Shown in pieces: positions 23,101 through 34,451 of a stretch of DNA of 64,000 nt. The number at the start of each line of letters is the position of its first letter. Position 1 is the stretch's first letter. The notes beneath the pieces were generated by a model. It was not told the origin of the DNA and made no database searches. It saw only the letters and a list, made by a program, of their open reading frames with translations. Position numbers and translations under genes: made by a program. The stretch is from Histomonas meleagridis 2922-C6/04-290x. Taxonomy: Eukaryota; Protista; Parabasalia. The stretch is taken from contig JAANOX010000239.1 in assembly GCA_020184695.1 (NCBI GenBank), forward strand, positions 1 through 64,000. The letters are read 5' to 3'.

Positions 23101-24068
23101 AAAAAGAATTACAAAATAAAAAACAAGAAGATATCGCACGTAATGAACAAGAGCCATTTAAACGAGCTAATGAACGATTTAAGACAAATAATTCGAAGCC
23201 TAAAACTTATCGATCATCAACACCTAATAAAGAAACATTTGATGACTTCTCATCAATTGTTCAAACAATTGGAATACCATTGAATGAATCGACAATGCTA
23301 TTCCCTGAAATGTCGGAGATGTTAAAAGTTAAATATCTCAACAAACATATACGTGATTTCTATTCTAAGATTGCGATTGTATACATTGCTAAAAACAAGA
23401 AAAATCAGAACGAAATATTATCGACAGGTTGGACAGCAGCGTCTCCGTTATTTAAAGAGTTTTTAAGTGGCATTGGATGGAACATTGACTTAGTTACGCA
23501 CTATGGTTATGATGGCCTTTTCGATATGAAGAAGTTTACTAATGGTAAGTCATCGATATATTATGCTGATTCTAATTGCCAAATAATGTATCATGTTTCA
23601 CCTTTAATACCAAATAGTTTAAAGGATGAACAACAAATTTATAAGAAAAGACATATTGGTAATGATCATACACACATAGTATGGTGCGAAGATAATGAAG
23701 ATTATGATATTAATATGATAACTTCGCAGTTTAATATGGTGCATATAGTAATATATCCTTTGCAAACTGGTCTGTTTAGAGTCGAAGTGAAAAGTAAAAG
23801 CGAAGTCGGATGGTTCGGGCCGCTGAGGAATTCGATAATTGTAACAAAAAGAGAATTGCCTTCTTTGGTGAGATTAACATCAATAAGTTCAATGGTCAGA
23901 ATTAATGAAACGCAAACGCCATTCACTGTGATCCCACCAAGAGGAATCCAAACAATGAACGAAATTAAGGAAAGCATAGCAACGTATACGCCAAAATATG
24001 ATTCAAGAACTTTTATACATATGGACTTAACTGAACCAAACCAAACACAAAAAAAGAAAATGGAATAA
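20157..24068 (+). CDS. Large Rap/Ran-GAP-domain protein (RalGAP/tuberin-like), likely from ATG 20157
   Basis: C-terminal RapGAP motifs FKEFLSGIGW, IMYHVS and KKRHIGNDHTHIVW (Asn thumb), preceded by a long helical region. Confidence 0.85.
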   Translation: MGGDNHLMKSILNDPKFDVQELVTNNLSDFWNSLLAYFVHSSSKKEGLFKKKKSQIDTKKVLNVLQKVINNLHPLYIKPDDYPKIVTIFRFLLHANSPTSFLQQTQQLFFKLIIIIPPENFATIRERPTLFINIFPFLKFVRNNEERDLCQLHCIQGSVSLFPKGPGKEQADNYVLVKSIFSFVLDNYGKREAVCKDLLFESLFQIVYYEAATQVQFPNFGFGFLHDVPIEFSDMTYEFLSTFKGEVSFFCPDAIHTRFFLSILEDIAKRMNPNQQSLILQYLKKITMSNRTMTIISKEAPDLIGNFFHISRFSTTVQVEDRQIILNDLKDFLISFLNVILTKMNSSELVTYFSYFFIQFERDQYFLCSFYPVLLSILFNTNNRDKEIWNLIVDNIRRSELISYCNACFAQYLALLEFPLLFGIDRESTLREVDTINQRIKRNKNDTRYSYFLDNIMDILSDPASYFGKVDYVWKGNRDDSYFLLKPFIQFEENEEIQNVQSMIDFYLGLFDCYKNVNNKDDQIRLYSTHIAYFYALAQLFRIPPSIKNDHIILISRSANRLFNGVMQNNVEITIASFDILCDLLLNSEIKRFLGADSLMGWYSCLTFCLLHSNKDLSMKAFQMIGSTITIGFIGSSILIPTVISYAEINSAIYQLAFFASLPIFENNNINNSHLISIMQKVINKNKAILRRDANDILTKPINDLMKRVQAVIYKITNIAIKEKKFIEIIPVHSMIIVSELVKEKPNEDLVCKSIEFLLSAAESRNDEATLILRDLLITYERPLKNLTKFQSVYNKIIFLISVSLVEQYEYILHVFSLVTEAFIHYPEYAIKAKQVEPFAKRLISIQNDQNVPVELRIQVTLLLTKLAVEFKAYPTTYSPVCKHPSRPDETFDDNNIYYYQNEMNLYGNNIIHYERKEKGNFIIGTYPEGYSYYWEFNSPKGFYEKESSPMFSLPEVTNNTSNNNVTNPNHSFSSRFNDLMQKELQNKKQEDIARNEQEPFKRANERFKTNNSKPKTYRSSTPNKETFDDFSSIVQTIGIPLNESTMLFPEMSEMLKVKYLNKHIRDFYSKIAIVYIAKNKKNQNEILSTGWTAASPLFKEFLSGIGWNIDLVTHYGYDGLFDMKKFTNGKSSIYYADSNCQIMYHVSPLIPNSLKDEQQIYKKRHIGNDHTHIVWCEDNEDYDINMITSQFNMVHIVIYPLQTGLFRVEVKSKSEVGWFGPLRNSIIVTKRELPSLVRLTSISSMVRINETQTPFTVIPPRGIQTMNEIKESIATYTPKYDSRTFIHMDLTEPNQTQKKKME

Positions 24069-24273
24069 ATAAAAAAAAAGACAAAGTAGTGAATTCCACT
24101 TTTTGAACACATTTTTTAACGTTTTTTCGTTTTTTTGTTCGTTTTAATCATTGCGTAAAGTACCGAAAAATTGTTGACACGTTACGAAAAGCCAATCCGC
24201 TAATTTCGTCTTTTTCTATGCAAAAAACCGCCCAACACAATCTCCCATTGAAAAATATGTAAACGGAAATTCG

Positions 24274-25627
24274 ATGATTGATCAACAAACGAAGTTCAGT
24301 CCAATGAGTAACTTCTCAAAGCTCCAGGCATCTAGAAACAAAGATTTCGCATATGATGAAAAAAATATTAAGCTAAATTCAGTTTCAGAAATAAATGTTT
24401 ATTTCATTAAACTTAGAAACCCAAAACATTGCTTAGAAGCTGCAATTAGATTGACAAAGATAGCTGAAAGACAACAATTTACTGTATCTACAAAAAAGTT
24501 TGATGATATGTTTTATGTTATTAATAATGCTAACGAATTTCTTGCACAAAGAGAAAAACTTAATGTCTCCCAAAGAAGTAGATCATCGTTTTCTCATTTT
24601 TGTGAAGAAAAAGTGGTTTCTTGTGACAATCAAATTGTTAATCAAATTCTAATTTTGTTGAACAAAATTTGTTCATTCCAAGATTTTTACTTTATCAATG
24701 AGATATGTGAAAGGCACCTTCACAAGCTTTATTTACTGCTTCCTTCACCTTTAGCTTTCAAAATTATTGGAAAAATTGTCTTAAAGAAGTTAGAGATGGC
24801 ATCTTACATCATCATGCTTGGCTTTGACAACATTGTTTCCATGATTACACCTAACTTAACTCCATTATTTATATGGTTTCTTGGAAGTTTTGCATTTTTC
24901 CCAGAATTAAATGAGCAAATGCTCCCATATTACCAACACTTCTTTATAAATGGAGCATTATCCAAAGAAGGAATTCTTCAAAAGTATGGATTTGACTCTT
25001 TATCAATACTAGCCAAAAATTCAATTGAGATGAGGAACTTCCTCATTAGGCACCAGTCGCTTCCTGCAATCCTTAGCAACCCACCAGTTAATGCCGATTG
25101 CTTAAATAAGATGTTTTTGTTCATATCTGTTTTACTTGATTCACCAGAATCAACACTTCTTGGAAATCCAACTGTTTCTTCTCTTCTTAAAATGGCATTC
25201 TCTCCTGAACGAATTGATAATCTTCTTGAAGCATTAGAAATATTATTAAAATTCTTAAATCTTGGAATGATTAATTTCTTGGTGGAAAACTCTTTCGACG
25301 AAGCACTCTTCATCCTTTACAAGTCGAACATTCCTTTCCAAGTGCGCAAGAAGATTATGAGCTTGATTTGTAAGGTTTCGACTCTTTGTTCGACTGAACT
25401 AAAAATCAAATACATTTTAAACGGCCTCCCGGCGGTTTTGACAGATGCTATTGAAGAAGAAGATGAAATTGTACAAAATGATGTAACAGATTGTATTGAT
25501 GCACTTTCTAAAAATGCACAAATATGTGATGAACAAGCATTTCGAGATGCTATTTTTGTATATACACTGAAATGTTGATTACATACAAAATGACAGAATT
25601 GAATATATTTTGACTGAGTTTTGCTGA
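24274..25627 (+). CDS. ARM/HEAT-like helical-repeat protein; ORF as read stops at 25578, probable true stop TGA 25625-25627
   Basis: Leu-rich helical composition reminiscent of importin-alpha-like parabasalid proteins. The adjacent duplicate reads through ...ILYIQGNVDYIQNDRIEYILTEFC*, implying a +1 T in this copy. Confidence 0.55.
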
Positions 25628-26253
25628 CAAAGCAATGCTCATTTTGTAAAAGAAATCGGCCTCTAAATAAATGTATTTATCATTTTTATATATTTTTGTC
25701 TATAGACACTTTCTTAATTAAATTTTTGGATTTACATAAAAAAATTTTTAAATTTATAAAGATTAAGTATAACTAAAAATATGTTTATTAATAATAAATT
25801 TAAATAAGCTTGATTTGTAAGGTTTCGACTCTTTGTTCGACTGAACTAAAAATCAAATACATTTTAAACGGCCTCCCGGCGGTTTTGACAGATGCTATTG
25901 AAGAAGAAGATGAAATTGTACAAAATGATGTAACAGATTGTATTGATGCACTTTCTAAAAATGCACAAATATGTGATGAACAAGCATTTCGAGATGCTAT
26001 TTTGTATATACAGGGAAATGTTGATTACATACAAAATGACAGAATTGAATATATTTTGACTGAGTTTTGCTGACAAAGCAATGCTCATTTTGTAAAAGAA
26101 ATCGGCCTCTAAATAAATGTATTTATCATTTTTATATATTTTTGTCTATAGACACTTTCTTAATTAAATTTTTGGATTTACATAAAAAAATTTTTAAATT
26201 TATAAAGATTAAGTATAACTAAAAATATGTTTATTAATAATAAATTTAAATAA
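25360..26253 (+). repeat. 447-bp direct tandem duplication (25360-25806, 25807-26253) of a gene 3' end plus 3' flank
   Basis: Both copies start agcttgatttgtaaggtttcgactc and end taataaatttaaataa; they differ only near ttttgtatatacactg / tttgtatatacaggg. Confidence 0.92.
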
Positions 26254-26279
26254 AAAAGTTATTCATAAATAACTTTAAT

Positions 26280-28130
26280 TTAAATTTGAACAAGTTCATT
26301 GTCTTCATTAAAATCTTGAGCAAATGGATCTTCTTCAATGTTCGTCATCGATAATACACTCGTGGGTGTGTTAACATTCATTTCATTCTCTTCAAAACTA
26401 TTAACAGTGTTTTCTTCTGTAATTCGTTTCTGTGTTCGTTTACGAATTAAAAATATTACAATTAAAATAATAATAATAATTACAACAACAATACAAATAA
26501 TAACTACAATAATAATATTGTTATTATTCTTATCGTTATCGGTATCTTCATTGTTTGCATATTGATAAAAAATTGTATAAAAATCTGAATAAAAATTATA
26601 AATCGTAGGAATTATAATAATTGAATATTCATAAAATATAAATTCAGAATATATATAAGTATTAATCGAATTAATATTTAATAATGAATGTGTTAATTTC
26701 GAATAATTAATAAATGATAATGTTTGTGTAAATGAAAGAAAATATGTTAAAATTAATGAATATGAATAACTTATTGATGAAAAATTACTTATTAAAGATT
26801 TCGTTTCTATTATACTTTTACTATAATCACTTGTTCTTGATGATGATCTTAATTCTTCATAAGTATTCGATTTAATGAATGTATCAGATCGTGCATAAGT
26901 ATTTGATTTTGTATAAGTATTTGATTTAGTATAAGTATTTGATTGTGAAAATGAATTTGATTTTGTGTATGTATTTGATTGACTAAATGTATTTGATTGT
27001 GAAAATGAATTTGATTTTGTGTATGTATTTGATTGACTGAATGTTTGAGTTATAATGCCAAGACATTCTTCAGTAGATGTTCTGGAAACTGAATATCCAC
27101 CAAATGTTTCACCTTGATAATTATTTGATACCATAACCATTGATAATTTAGATGATAAAAAAATTTCGGTTCCAGTTGATTCAGGTTCTATTAAACCATA
27201 AAAATAAACGCACGTTAGATCGGTACAATAAGCAAATGCATAATTACCAATTAAATTTACATTTTTGCCAATTTCAAATTTTTGTAATTTAGAGCATGAA
27301 TTAAAAGCCCTAATTTGAATTGTGGTAATTGTTTTTATATATGGAAATGATATTAAATTTTTACATGATATGAAAGCATCTGAATTAATTGTCATTAAGC
27401 TTTCACCACCAATAATATTTTCAACAACAGAACTTTGAAAAGCACTTTCTTGAATAGTTCTTAATTGATTTGGAATTTTAAAGTATTTATCAGGCTTTGC
27501 CATTGGATATATTATAAGAGTTGATATTTGTTTATCATAAAGTACACCATCTCCTTCAAAATTAGAGTAAGAGGGATTTCTAGAAGAGACCTCAATAAAT
27601 TGCAGGCTAGGGCAACCATAAAATGCAAAATCTTGAATCGTTTTGACAGAATTCGGTATTATTATACTCTCTAAATTGCTCTGTTCAAACATATAACTTC
27701 CAATTAGTTCTACACTTTCGCCAAGTATAAATGTCACTAACTTCGAGCAATGTGAAAAAGCTAAATAATCAATTGTGGTAACTTTATTTGGAATTGTAAC
27801 TGTTTCTAATGATGTGCATCCATAAAAACAAGAAAAGCTAATTGCTATTAAATTTTCTCCAAAATTAACTACAGATAATTGAGTACATTTATTAAACGCT
27901 GATTGTCCAATTGATACAGCAGTTCCTGTATCTGCTGTGGTCAGCGACTCTAATTCCGCGAAAGCAGCAGATGGAATTTCCTCAACACCATTGATGAAAA
28001 CATGAAGAGCTTCTTTTTTGTGCTCATCATCAAAATCACTTGTTGTGGTTACAGTAAGCGTTTTAGTCGTACTATCATATGATTGAAATGCATGCCTAAT
28101 AAGTAATGAAAAAAGATAAAAAAATAACAT
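26280..28130 (-). CDS. BspA-like LRR surface protein with S/N/T/Y/K stalk repeats; likely start ATG 28130, although the ORF is open to 28688
   Basis: Signal MLFFYLFSLLIRHAF, LRR_5 repeats (IPNKVTTIDYLAFSHCSKL), SNTYTKSNSFSQ repeats at ~26880-27050, TM segment and EEDPFAQDFNE tail. Confidence 0.88.
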   Translation of the reverse strand: MLFFYLFSLLIRHAFQSYDSTTKTLTVTTTSDFDDEHKKEALHVFINGVEEIPSAAFAELESLTTADTGTAVSIGQSAFNKCTQLSVVNFGENLIAISFSCFYGCTSLETVTIPNKVTTIDYLAFSHCSKLVTFILGESVELIGSYMFEQSNLESIIIPNSVKTIQDFAFYGCPSLQFIEVSSRNPSYSNFEGDGVLYDKQISTLIIYPMAKPDKYFKIPNQLRTIQESAFQSSVVENIIGGESLMTINSDAFISCKNLISFPYIKTITTIQIRAFNSCSKLQKFEIGKNVNLIGNYAFAYCTDLTCVYFYGLIEPESTGTEIFLSSKLSMVMVSNNYQGETFGGYSVSRTSTEECLGIITQTFSQSNTYTKSNSFSQSNTFSQSNTYTKSNSFSQSNTYTKSNTYTKSNTYARSDTFIKSNTYEELRSSSRTSDYSKSIIETKSLISNFSSISYSYSLILTYFLSFTQTLSFINYSKLTHSLLNINSINTYIYSEFIFYEYSIIIIPTIYNFYSDFYTIFYQYANNEDTDNDKNNNNIIIVVIICIVVVIIIIILIVIFLIRKRTQKRITEENTVNSFEENEMNVNTPTSVLSMTNIEEDPFAQDFNEDNELVQI

Positions 28131-29129
28131 GTTATTCTGAAATGTTTTAGTGAAACAAACACCAGATGAAAATCTTTTAAAAATTATTATTTTTCGAAAA
28201 GAAAGTGTTATTTTAACAAACTGAATAGCAATAAAAATTAAGGCTAAACATTGAAAAACAAATTTGACATTGAATTTTGGATCATTATATTCAAAAGACA
28301 AAATATATTGCATAGGTTTTGGAATACATTGATACCATGTATCTGATTCGGTATGGTAAAGAAATTTGTTACATGATATAGTATTACTTGCATCTAATGT
28401 TGGATTCCAATTAAATAAATTTAAAAAATATGATTTAAATTTTGAAGCTACATGCCTCTTGTTGAAGGCGCTATGTAGTTGGAATATGGTTCTTGCGTTA
28501 TAAATATTTTTTGAAATTGATGTAACATCTTTTTGTAAAATAATTGCTTTTCCAATTTGCAATTGTTCATCGTAAGGACTTGAAAATACATTCTCGCGTA
28601 TCCAATTCAAGGATATAAGAAGAAAGAAAACTTTCATGCAATACTTGAGCGTGATTTCTGTTAATTTTTGAATAAGGTTATGGGCCATTTTTGAATCGAC
28701 AATGATCTCCCCAAAAGAAATAGCTCAAGATAAAAATTATCAAAATTTCTAAGAAATATGGTGGATACTATTGAAAAAGCATAACTCAAATCGTAACCAC
28801 CCTCTGAATTTACAGCTTTTGTCGTCTTCTAAAACTTCCAGGAAGATTTTTTCGAATTTTTACAAATTCATCAAGCAATTAAGCTCTTGAACCAACTAAT
28901 AAGAATGCGTGACAATGGAGCTACGTTTGTAAAAATGTTACAGAAATTACTCGGGACGTATTGATCAAAATGACTTTAAAATTTTATCTTGTATAGTCAA
29001 CACTTGAAGTAAAATTCGGATTTTTTAGTAAGTTTTTTGCAAAATAAGCTCATAATACTTGTGTAAATTTTTCACATTATTTTAACGTACTTTAGTTACG
29101 TTTACTTTTTCCAAAAAAATTTCAAAAAT

Positions 29130-31463
29130 ATGCAAAATGCTTCAGCAACAAAAAATTTACAGAAAGAATCACAAGCTAAAGTTATAAAATTACTTCAAAA
29201 TCAAGTTTGTCAACTTCAAAATGAAAAAGAAGATAATGAGAATTTAAAAGCTCGACTTCAAATTGCTGAAAATACGTTAGAGTTCAAAGAATCACAATTT
29301 AAACTCAAGGTAGATGAATATGAGCTTAAAATCAAAGAACTTAAATCACAATTATCAAAATTTCAGAAACAAATGGATAATCAATCACCTCAGGAAAAAC
29401 CCACGCCAACAACCAACGACCAGTCATATGTTTATCTTCGTTATCTTAAATGGAAGACAAAGTATAAAAATGTGATAAACATTTGTCAAAATGAAAAAAC
29501 ATCCATAATAGATTCAGAAACAAAACCTCTCAAAGATGAAGTTGATAAAATAAGGAATGAACTTATTGTAGAAAAAACAAAATACCAAGAATTATTTACA
29601 GATCACAAAAATGTTAATGAAAAACTACAACAACTCAAACAGATAAACAAGAAATTAACAGGTAAAAATAAAGAACTTCAGCTTCAAAATGAAGACCTTC
29701 GAAATCAAATTCAAAAGATCAATGAAAGTCAGAAAAAAGCAACTTTACTTAATCGTCATGCGCAATCCAAAGCTGAGAAACAGTTAAAATCGCAAAAGCG
29801 TCAAGAAAGTGATCTTCACTCACAAATTAATCAATTGAATTCGCTAGTACATCAACAAGAAGAAAAGATCAATAAACTCATATGCGATCTTCAAAAGGAA
29901 ACAACTGATAAAAAGAACGTAACCAAAGAGTTTAATAACCTTAAGAAGTCACAAGAAGCCGAAATTAAAGAAATGCAAATGAACACGAATTCAATCAAAA
30001 CAGAAAATGAGGAACTCAAAAACCAAATTAAATGTTTGCAAAATACAAATGTTATTCTTGAAAAAGAGGTCCATAAATCAAAGAATAATAAGTTTGAACT
30101 TGAAATTTTATCATCCAAATGCGAAAAGTTAAGAAAACAAAATATAAATTTCCAAAATGAAAACGAACTTCTTAAGTTAAAAATGACTGAATTAAACACA
30201 ATTATAAGCGAAACTAAAAGCAAATTATATTTTAAGACTGAAGAAATTCGATCTTTATTATCAAAATATTTTCCTGGAGTTGATTCATCAATAAAATGGA
30301 AAAACTTAAAAATATATATTGAGCAAATAATAATAAAATTAAATAATGAAATTAAAGAACGTATTAATATTGAAAAAAGTTATAAAAAGCTAAATAAAGA
30401 AAAGAAAATAGTCGAAGAAAATCTTAAAAACATTATCGAAAAAACAAATAAAGAAAAACAAAAACTTCAAAACGAAATACAAATAATTAATGAAGAAATA
30501 CAAAAAGTAAAACAAAAGCCAAAAAATGAAATGAATGAAACGAATGAATTTTTACTCAAAACAAGGAATAAATGCATCAAAGAATTTTATAATTTGAACC
30601 AAAAAATTCATAATTTATATTCATTATTTAATCAAGAACAATTAAATATGCGTTCACTTATATTATTTTCTATTTTTACTGTTCGTTGGATTCATTATAA
30701 GAAAAATGATAAATATAATCCATACACAATATTATATTATATACAAAATGAAAATAAAGTCAATGTTTATGAGAAAATTAAACAAAATATTATTAATTTA
30801 ATGAATGAAACAAAAGAAAAAGATATAATTATTAATAATTATAAAGATAAATTAGATAAAACTAAAACAAAATTAGAAAACATTAATAATTCATTTGATA
30901 AAATGGAAAATGAATTTAATGAAATAAAAAATGAAAATGAAAATTTACAAAAATTAATAAAACAAAATGAAATCGAAAAAGAAAATTATATAAATATTGA
31001 CTTATATGAGAAATTAAAGAATGAAAATGAAAACAATATTTCAAAATATAAACAAAATAAAAAACAATTAAAAGATATTAATAATAAATTAAATATGAAA
31101 ATAAATGAATTAGAAAAAGTTAAATCTGAAAATGATGAAATACATTTTGAAATCGATGAATTAAAATATGAAAACAATGATCTAAAACAAAATCTAGAAA
31201 AAGTTATTCAAGAATTAAACATAGCAAATTCTATTAATAAGGAAAAAACTAAAGAAATTTTAGCGTTGGAAAGAAATTTAATGAAACAAAAGTCACAATA
31301 TGTAATAATAAATGATAAAACTCCTGTTGAAAGCGAACAGTCGGATTCACCTCCATCCAAATCAATTGTAGAACAAGAAAACGGATTTTATCTCGGCGAA
31401 TTTGTAAGAAAAGGACTGGAAAAAATGCAATCAAAAATATTGCAAAATGATTCATATCTTTAA
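29130..31463 (+). CDS. Hypothetical long coiled-coil protein, 777 aa
   Basis: Uninterrupted ORF with K/E/N/Q heptads. Confidence 0.75.
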   Translation: MQNASATKNLQKESQAKVIKLLQNQVCQLQNEKEDNENLKARLQIAENTLEFKESQFKLKVDEYELKIKELKSQLSKFQKQMDNQSPQEKPTPTTNDQSYVYLRYLKWKTKYKNVINICQNEKTSIIDSETKPLKDEVDKIRNELIVEKTKYQELFTDHKNVNEKLQQLKQINKKLTGKNKELQLQNEDLRNQIQKINESQKKATLLNRHAQSKAEKQLKSQKRQESDLHSQINQLNSLVHQQEEKINKLICDLQKETTDKKNVTKEFNNLKKSQEAEIKEMQMNTNSIKTENEELKNQIKCLQNTNVILEKEVHKSKNNKFELEILSSKCEKLRKQNINFQNENELLKLKMTELNTIISETKSKLYFKTEEIRSLLSKYFPGVDSSIKWKNLKIYIEQIIIKLNNEIKERINIEKSYKKLNKEKKIVEENLKNIIEKTNKEKQKLQNEIQIINEEIQKVKQKPKNEMNETNEFLLKTRNKCIKEFYNLNQKIHNLYSLFNQEQLNMRSLILFSIFTVRWIHYKKNDKYNPYTILYYIQNENKVNVYEKIKQNIINLMNETKEKDIIINNYKDKLDKTKTKLENINNSFDKMENEFNEIKNENENLQKLIKQNEIEKENYINIDLYEKLKNENENNISKYKQNKKQLKDINNKLNMKINELEKVKSENDEIHFEIDELKYENNDLKQNLEKVIQELNIANSINKEKTKEILALERNLMKQKSQYVIINDKTPVESEQSDSPPSKSIVEQENGFYLGEFVRKGLEKMQSKILQNDSYL

Positions 31464-31579
31464 TGTTTGTAAAATATATAAAATATTAATTATTTTTTTT
31501 AATGGAAATAGAATTTATAAATTTTACATTATAATTATATTATTAAATTTAGAAATCATTTTATATTTTTTTTTTTTTT

Positions 31580-34030
31580 AATATATTTCATTTATTTCAA
31601 ATTGTTAATTTGTTTACTTTTAATCTTTTCAAATTTCTGTTATCAAAGTTTGGCAACAACATATTAAATATATCAAATTTATAAAAATTATAACAACAAA
31701 ATTTATCGTAATTTTTGTATAATTTTTATATATACAAAATAAGATATAAATCATTTTAATCTAAAATGGGTAAAAATAACTTTATTATTATATCAATACT
31801 TGTTATATTAATTCGTAGTAATGAAACACTTATCATAACAAATATTTACAGAATATGTGAATATGCTTATAAAAAAGAAGGTATTAAATATCTTATTATT
31901 GGTAATAATGTAAATGAAATTGGAAATAATGCTTTTTCAGATTGGGATATAATAAAAGTCGAAATTCATAATTCAACAACATTAATAGATTCTTTTGCAT
32001 TCTATAAATGTAAGAACTTAGAATTTGTAGTTATTGGAAGAAATGTTGAAATAATTGGTGATTCAGCATTTAATTTATGTTTAAGATTAGAAACAATCAA
32101 AATTGGTGAAAATGTGAAAGAAATTAGAAAACATGCATTTATTGAATGTAACAAATTATTAGATATAGTATTTCCCAATTCATTAATATTAATTGGTGAT
32201 GAAGCATTTTGTTTATGTTACAATTTAAAAACAGTAATATTTGAAAACTGTGAAGCAATAATTCAAAATTCTGTATTTATGAGATGTAAAAATTTAGAAA
32301 ATATCGAATTAGGAAATAAAATATTAAGTATTGGTGAATATACTTTTCGTGAATGTTATAAATTACATAATATTACTTTACCAGAAACTCTAAATTTTAT
32401 TGGATCTGGTATTTTTTTTGAATGTAAATGTCTTGAAAATATAAATATATCCAAAAATAACCTTAACTATTCAAATTATAAAAATGATGGAGTTCTTTAT
32501 AATAAAAATATTTCGACTATTGTTTGCTTTCCTGCAGGAAGAAATGGAACTTTTCAATTACCATTTTTTTAGTACAATCTATTGAACAATATGGTTTATT
32601 TCTTTTTCAAGTTTGAATGATATTATTTATGGAGAAAAATTTAACATATATTGGTAATTTTTTTGCTTTTATTGTTGTTCAAAATTACATCATTTTACTA
32701 TATCAAAATCGATATATTTTATTGGAATATGTGCTTTTTCTAAATGTATGAATTTTATCAATATATATGTATCTGATAATAATACAAAATATTCAAACTA
32801 TAAAAATGATGGAGTTCTTTATGATAAAAACATATCAGCTATCATCTTTTTTCCATCTGGAAGAACAGGTTCATTTAAAACGCCATATTCTATTAAATCG
32901 ATAGAAGATTATGCTTTTAATGAATGTTCATTTCTTGATGAAATTACTTTATCTGATATTATTAAAATAGGAAATTATGCATTTTCTCGTTCTGGTATAT
33001 TTAACATAACTATTCCAAAATCAACAATTCTTATTGGTATAGGACCATTTGTTGGATGTATTAATCTTCAAAATATTTTTTTGTTTCTAAAGATAATAAA
33101 AAAATATTCAAATTATAAAAAAATGATGGAGTACTTTATGATAAAAAAATATTTCGATTATCATAAGTTTTCCTGGTGGAAGAAATTCTATATTTGAAAC
33201 GCCATACTCTGTTACTTCAATCGGAGATTTTTCATTTCAAGGATGCATGAATTTACAAGGGATTATTATTACAGAAAATGTTCAACACATTGGAGTGTAT
33301 GCATTTTATAGTTGTATCAACATTAAATGTATATATTTTTTAGGACTATATGAACCAAATATTTCTTTAAAAGCTTTTTCAAACTTTAAAAATAAAGTAT
33401 TTACTTTATCTACATATCAAAACAAATCATTTGGAACTTTAGATATTTCAAAGGGATCAAATATAAAAGGATGTAATTTAAGGTTTAAAAAACAAAAACA
33501 AGAAAAAGAGTCTAATGAACCAAACACAAAAAATCCAAAGGGTTTTATCCAAAATAACATAAAAAATCTCACCAAAGTCAAAGAAAATGGAATTAGTAAT
33601 TCAATGAAAATCATTTTTTCTATTTGCTTCTTAGTTTTTTTAGTAATAATTTCTTTATTACTTGTATATTATCTACATAAAAAATCTTTAAATAAAATAA
33701 ATACGCTTCCAAGTGAAAATGTAGAATCTGGAGATTATTCTCAAGTCTTAAATGAAACAGTCGTTAAAAAATTTGATATAAATAACCTTCCAAACATTTC
33801 AGATGATCCATTTGCAGTTGATTTTGAGGAAAATAATTTCTTTGAACATAGAGTACTATAAATAAAACCAAAAGTTTAAGGATATTTATAAATTTTTTCT
33901 CAAAATATTCAAGTGTTCTCCTTAAGCTTTAAATTCATTAGTGTGAACTTAAAATTTTTTTTATATATTTATCCTACATTTTTCATCCATGTAACATTAA
34001 ATAAAATGTATTTTTATTATTAAACTTTAA
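31580..34030 (+). repeat. Inverted segmental duplicate, copy 2 (partner at ~12790-15232)
   Basis: Near-identical to the reverse complement of copy 1, including non-coding flanks. Confidence 0.9.
31766..33861 (+). pseudogene. BspA-like gene copy 2 with several small indel frameshifts (32565-32680, 33075-33160)
   Basis: Its pieces (31766-32572, 32748-33197, 33247-33861) are nearly identical in protein sequence to copy 1; the breaks fall in T/A homopolymers, so sequencing error is possible. Confidence 0.8.
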
Positions 34031-34195
34031 TTAAGCCAGATAGAAGTCATATCTAACTTAAAATTAGCATTATTTGGATAGGTATTTTTTGCAATATCAT
34101 TCAATCCATAAATTATTGATCTTTGAGAGTGTAAAAATAATATCACAAGAACAACATCACATGCTGTAAGTTCTTTGAGATATAATGTAAAGTGT

Positions 34196-34376
34196 CAATC
34201 AAAGGTGTTACCAACAACCAAAAGTTCCTTGATATCTCATAGTTTCAATATGGTAATGCATTAAACCTTGTTGATATCCCAAAGCATTTTCCATACCAAA
34301 GGAGACCATAGCTCCATTAGCGATGGGTTGAATGTGATACGACCATTGCCAGTTAACGTAGCTAATGATTGTGGTT
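34196..34376. pseudogene. Rearranged, decayed fragment of the coronin gene
   Basis: 34196-34257 matches coronin 11688-11748 forward; 34258-34376 matches coronin ~11532-11679 as reverse complement with small deletions. Confidence 0.85.
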
Positions 34377-34451
34377 TTGTGACATAATGTATAACGGTTT
34401 TAATTTAAATTTTCAATACAAAACGATCAAAAAATTATACACTTTTTAGGA

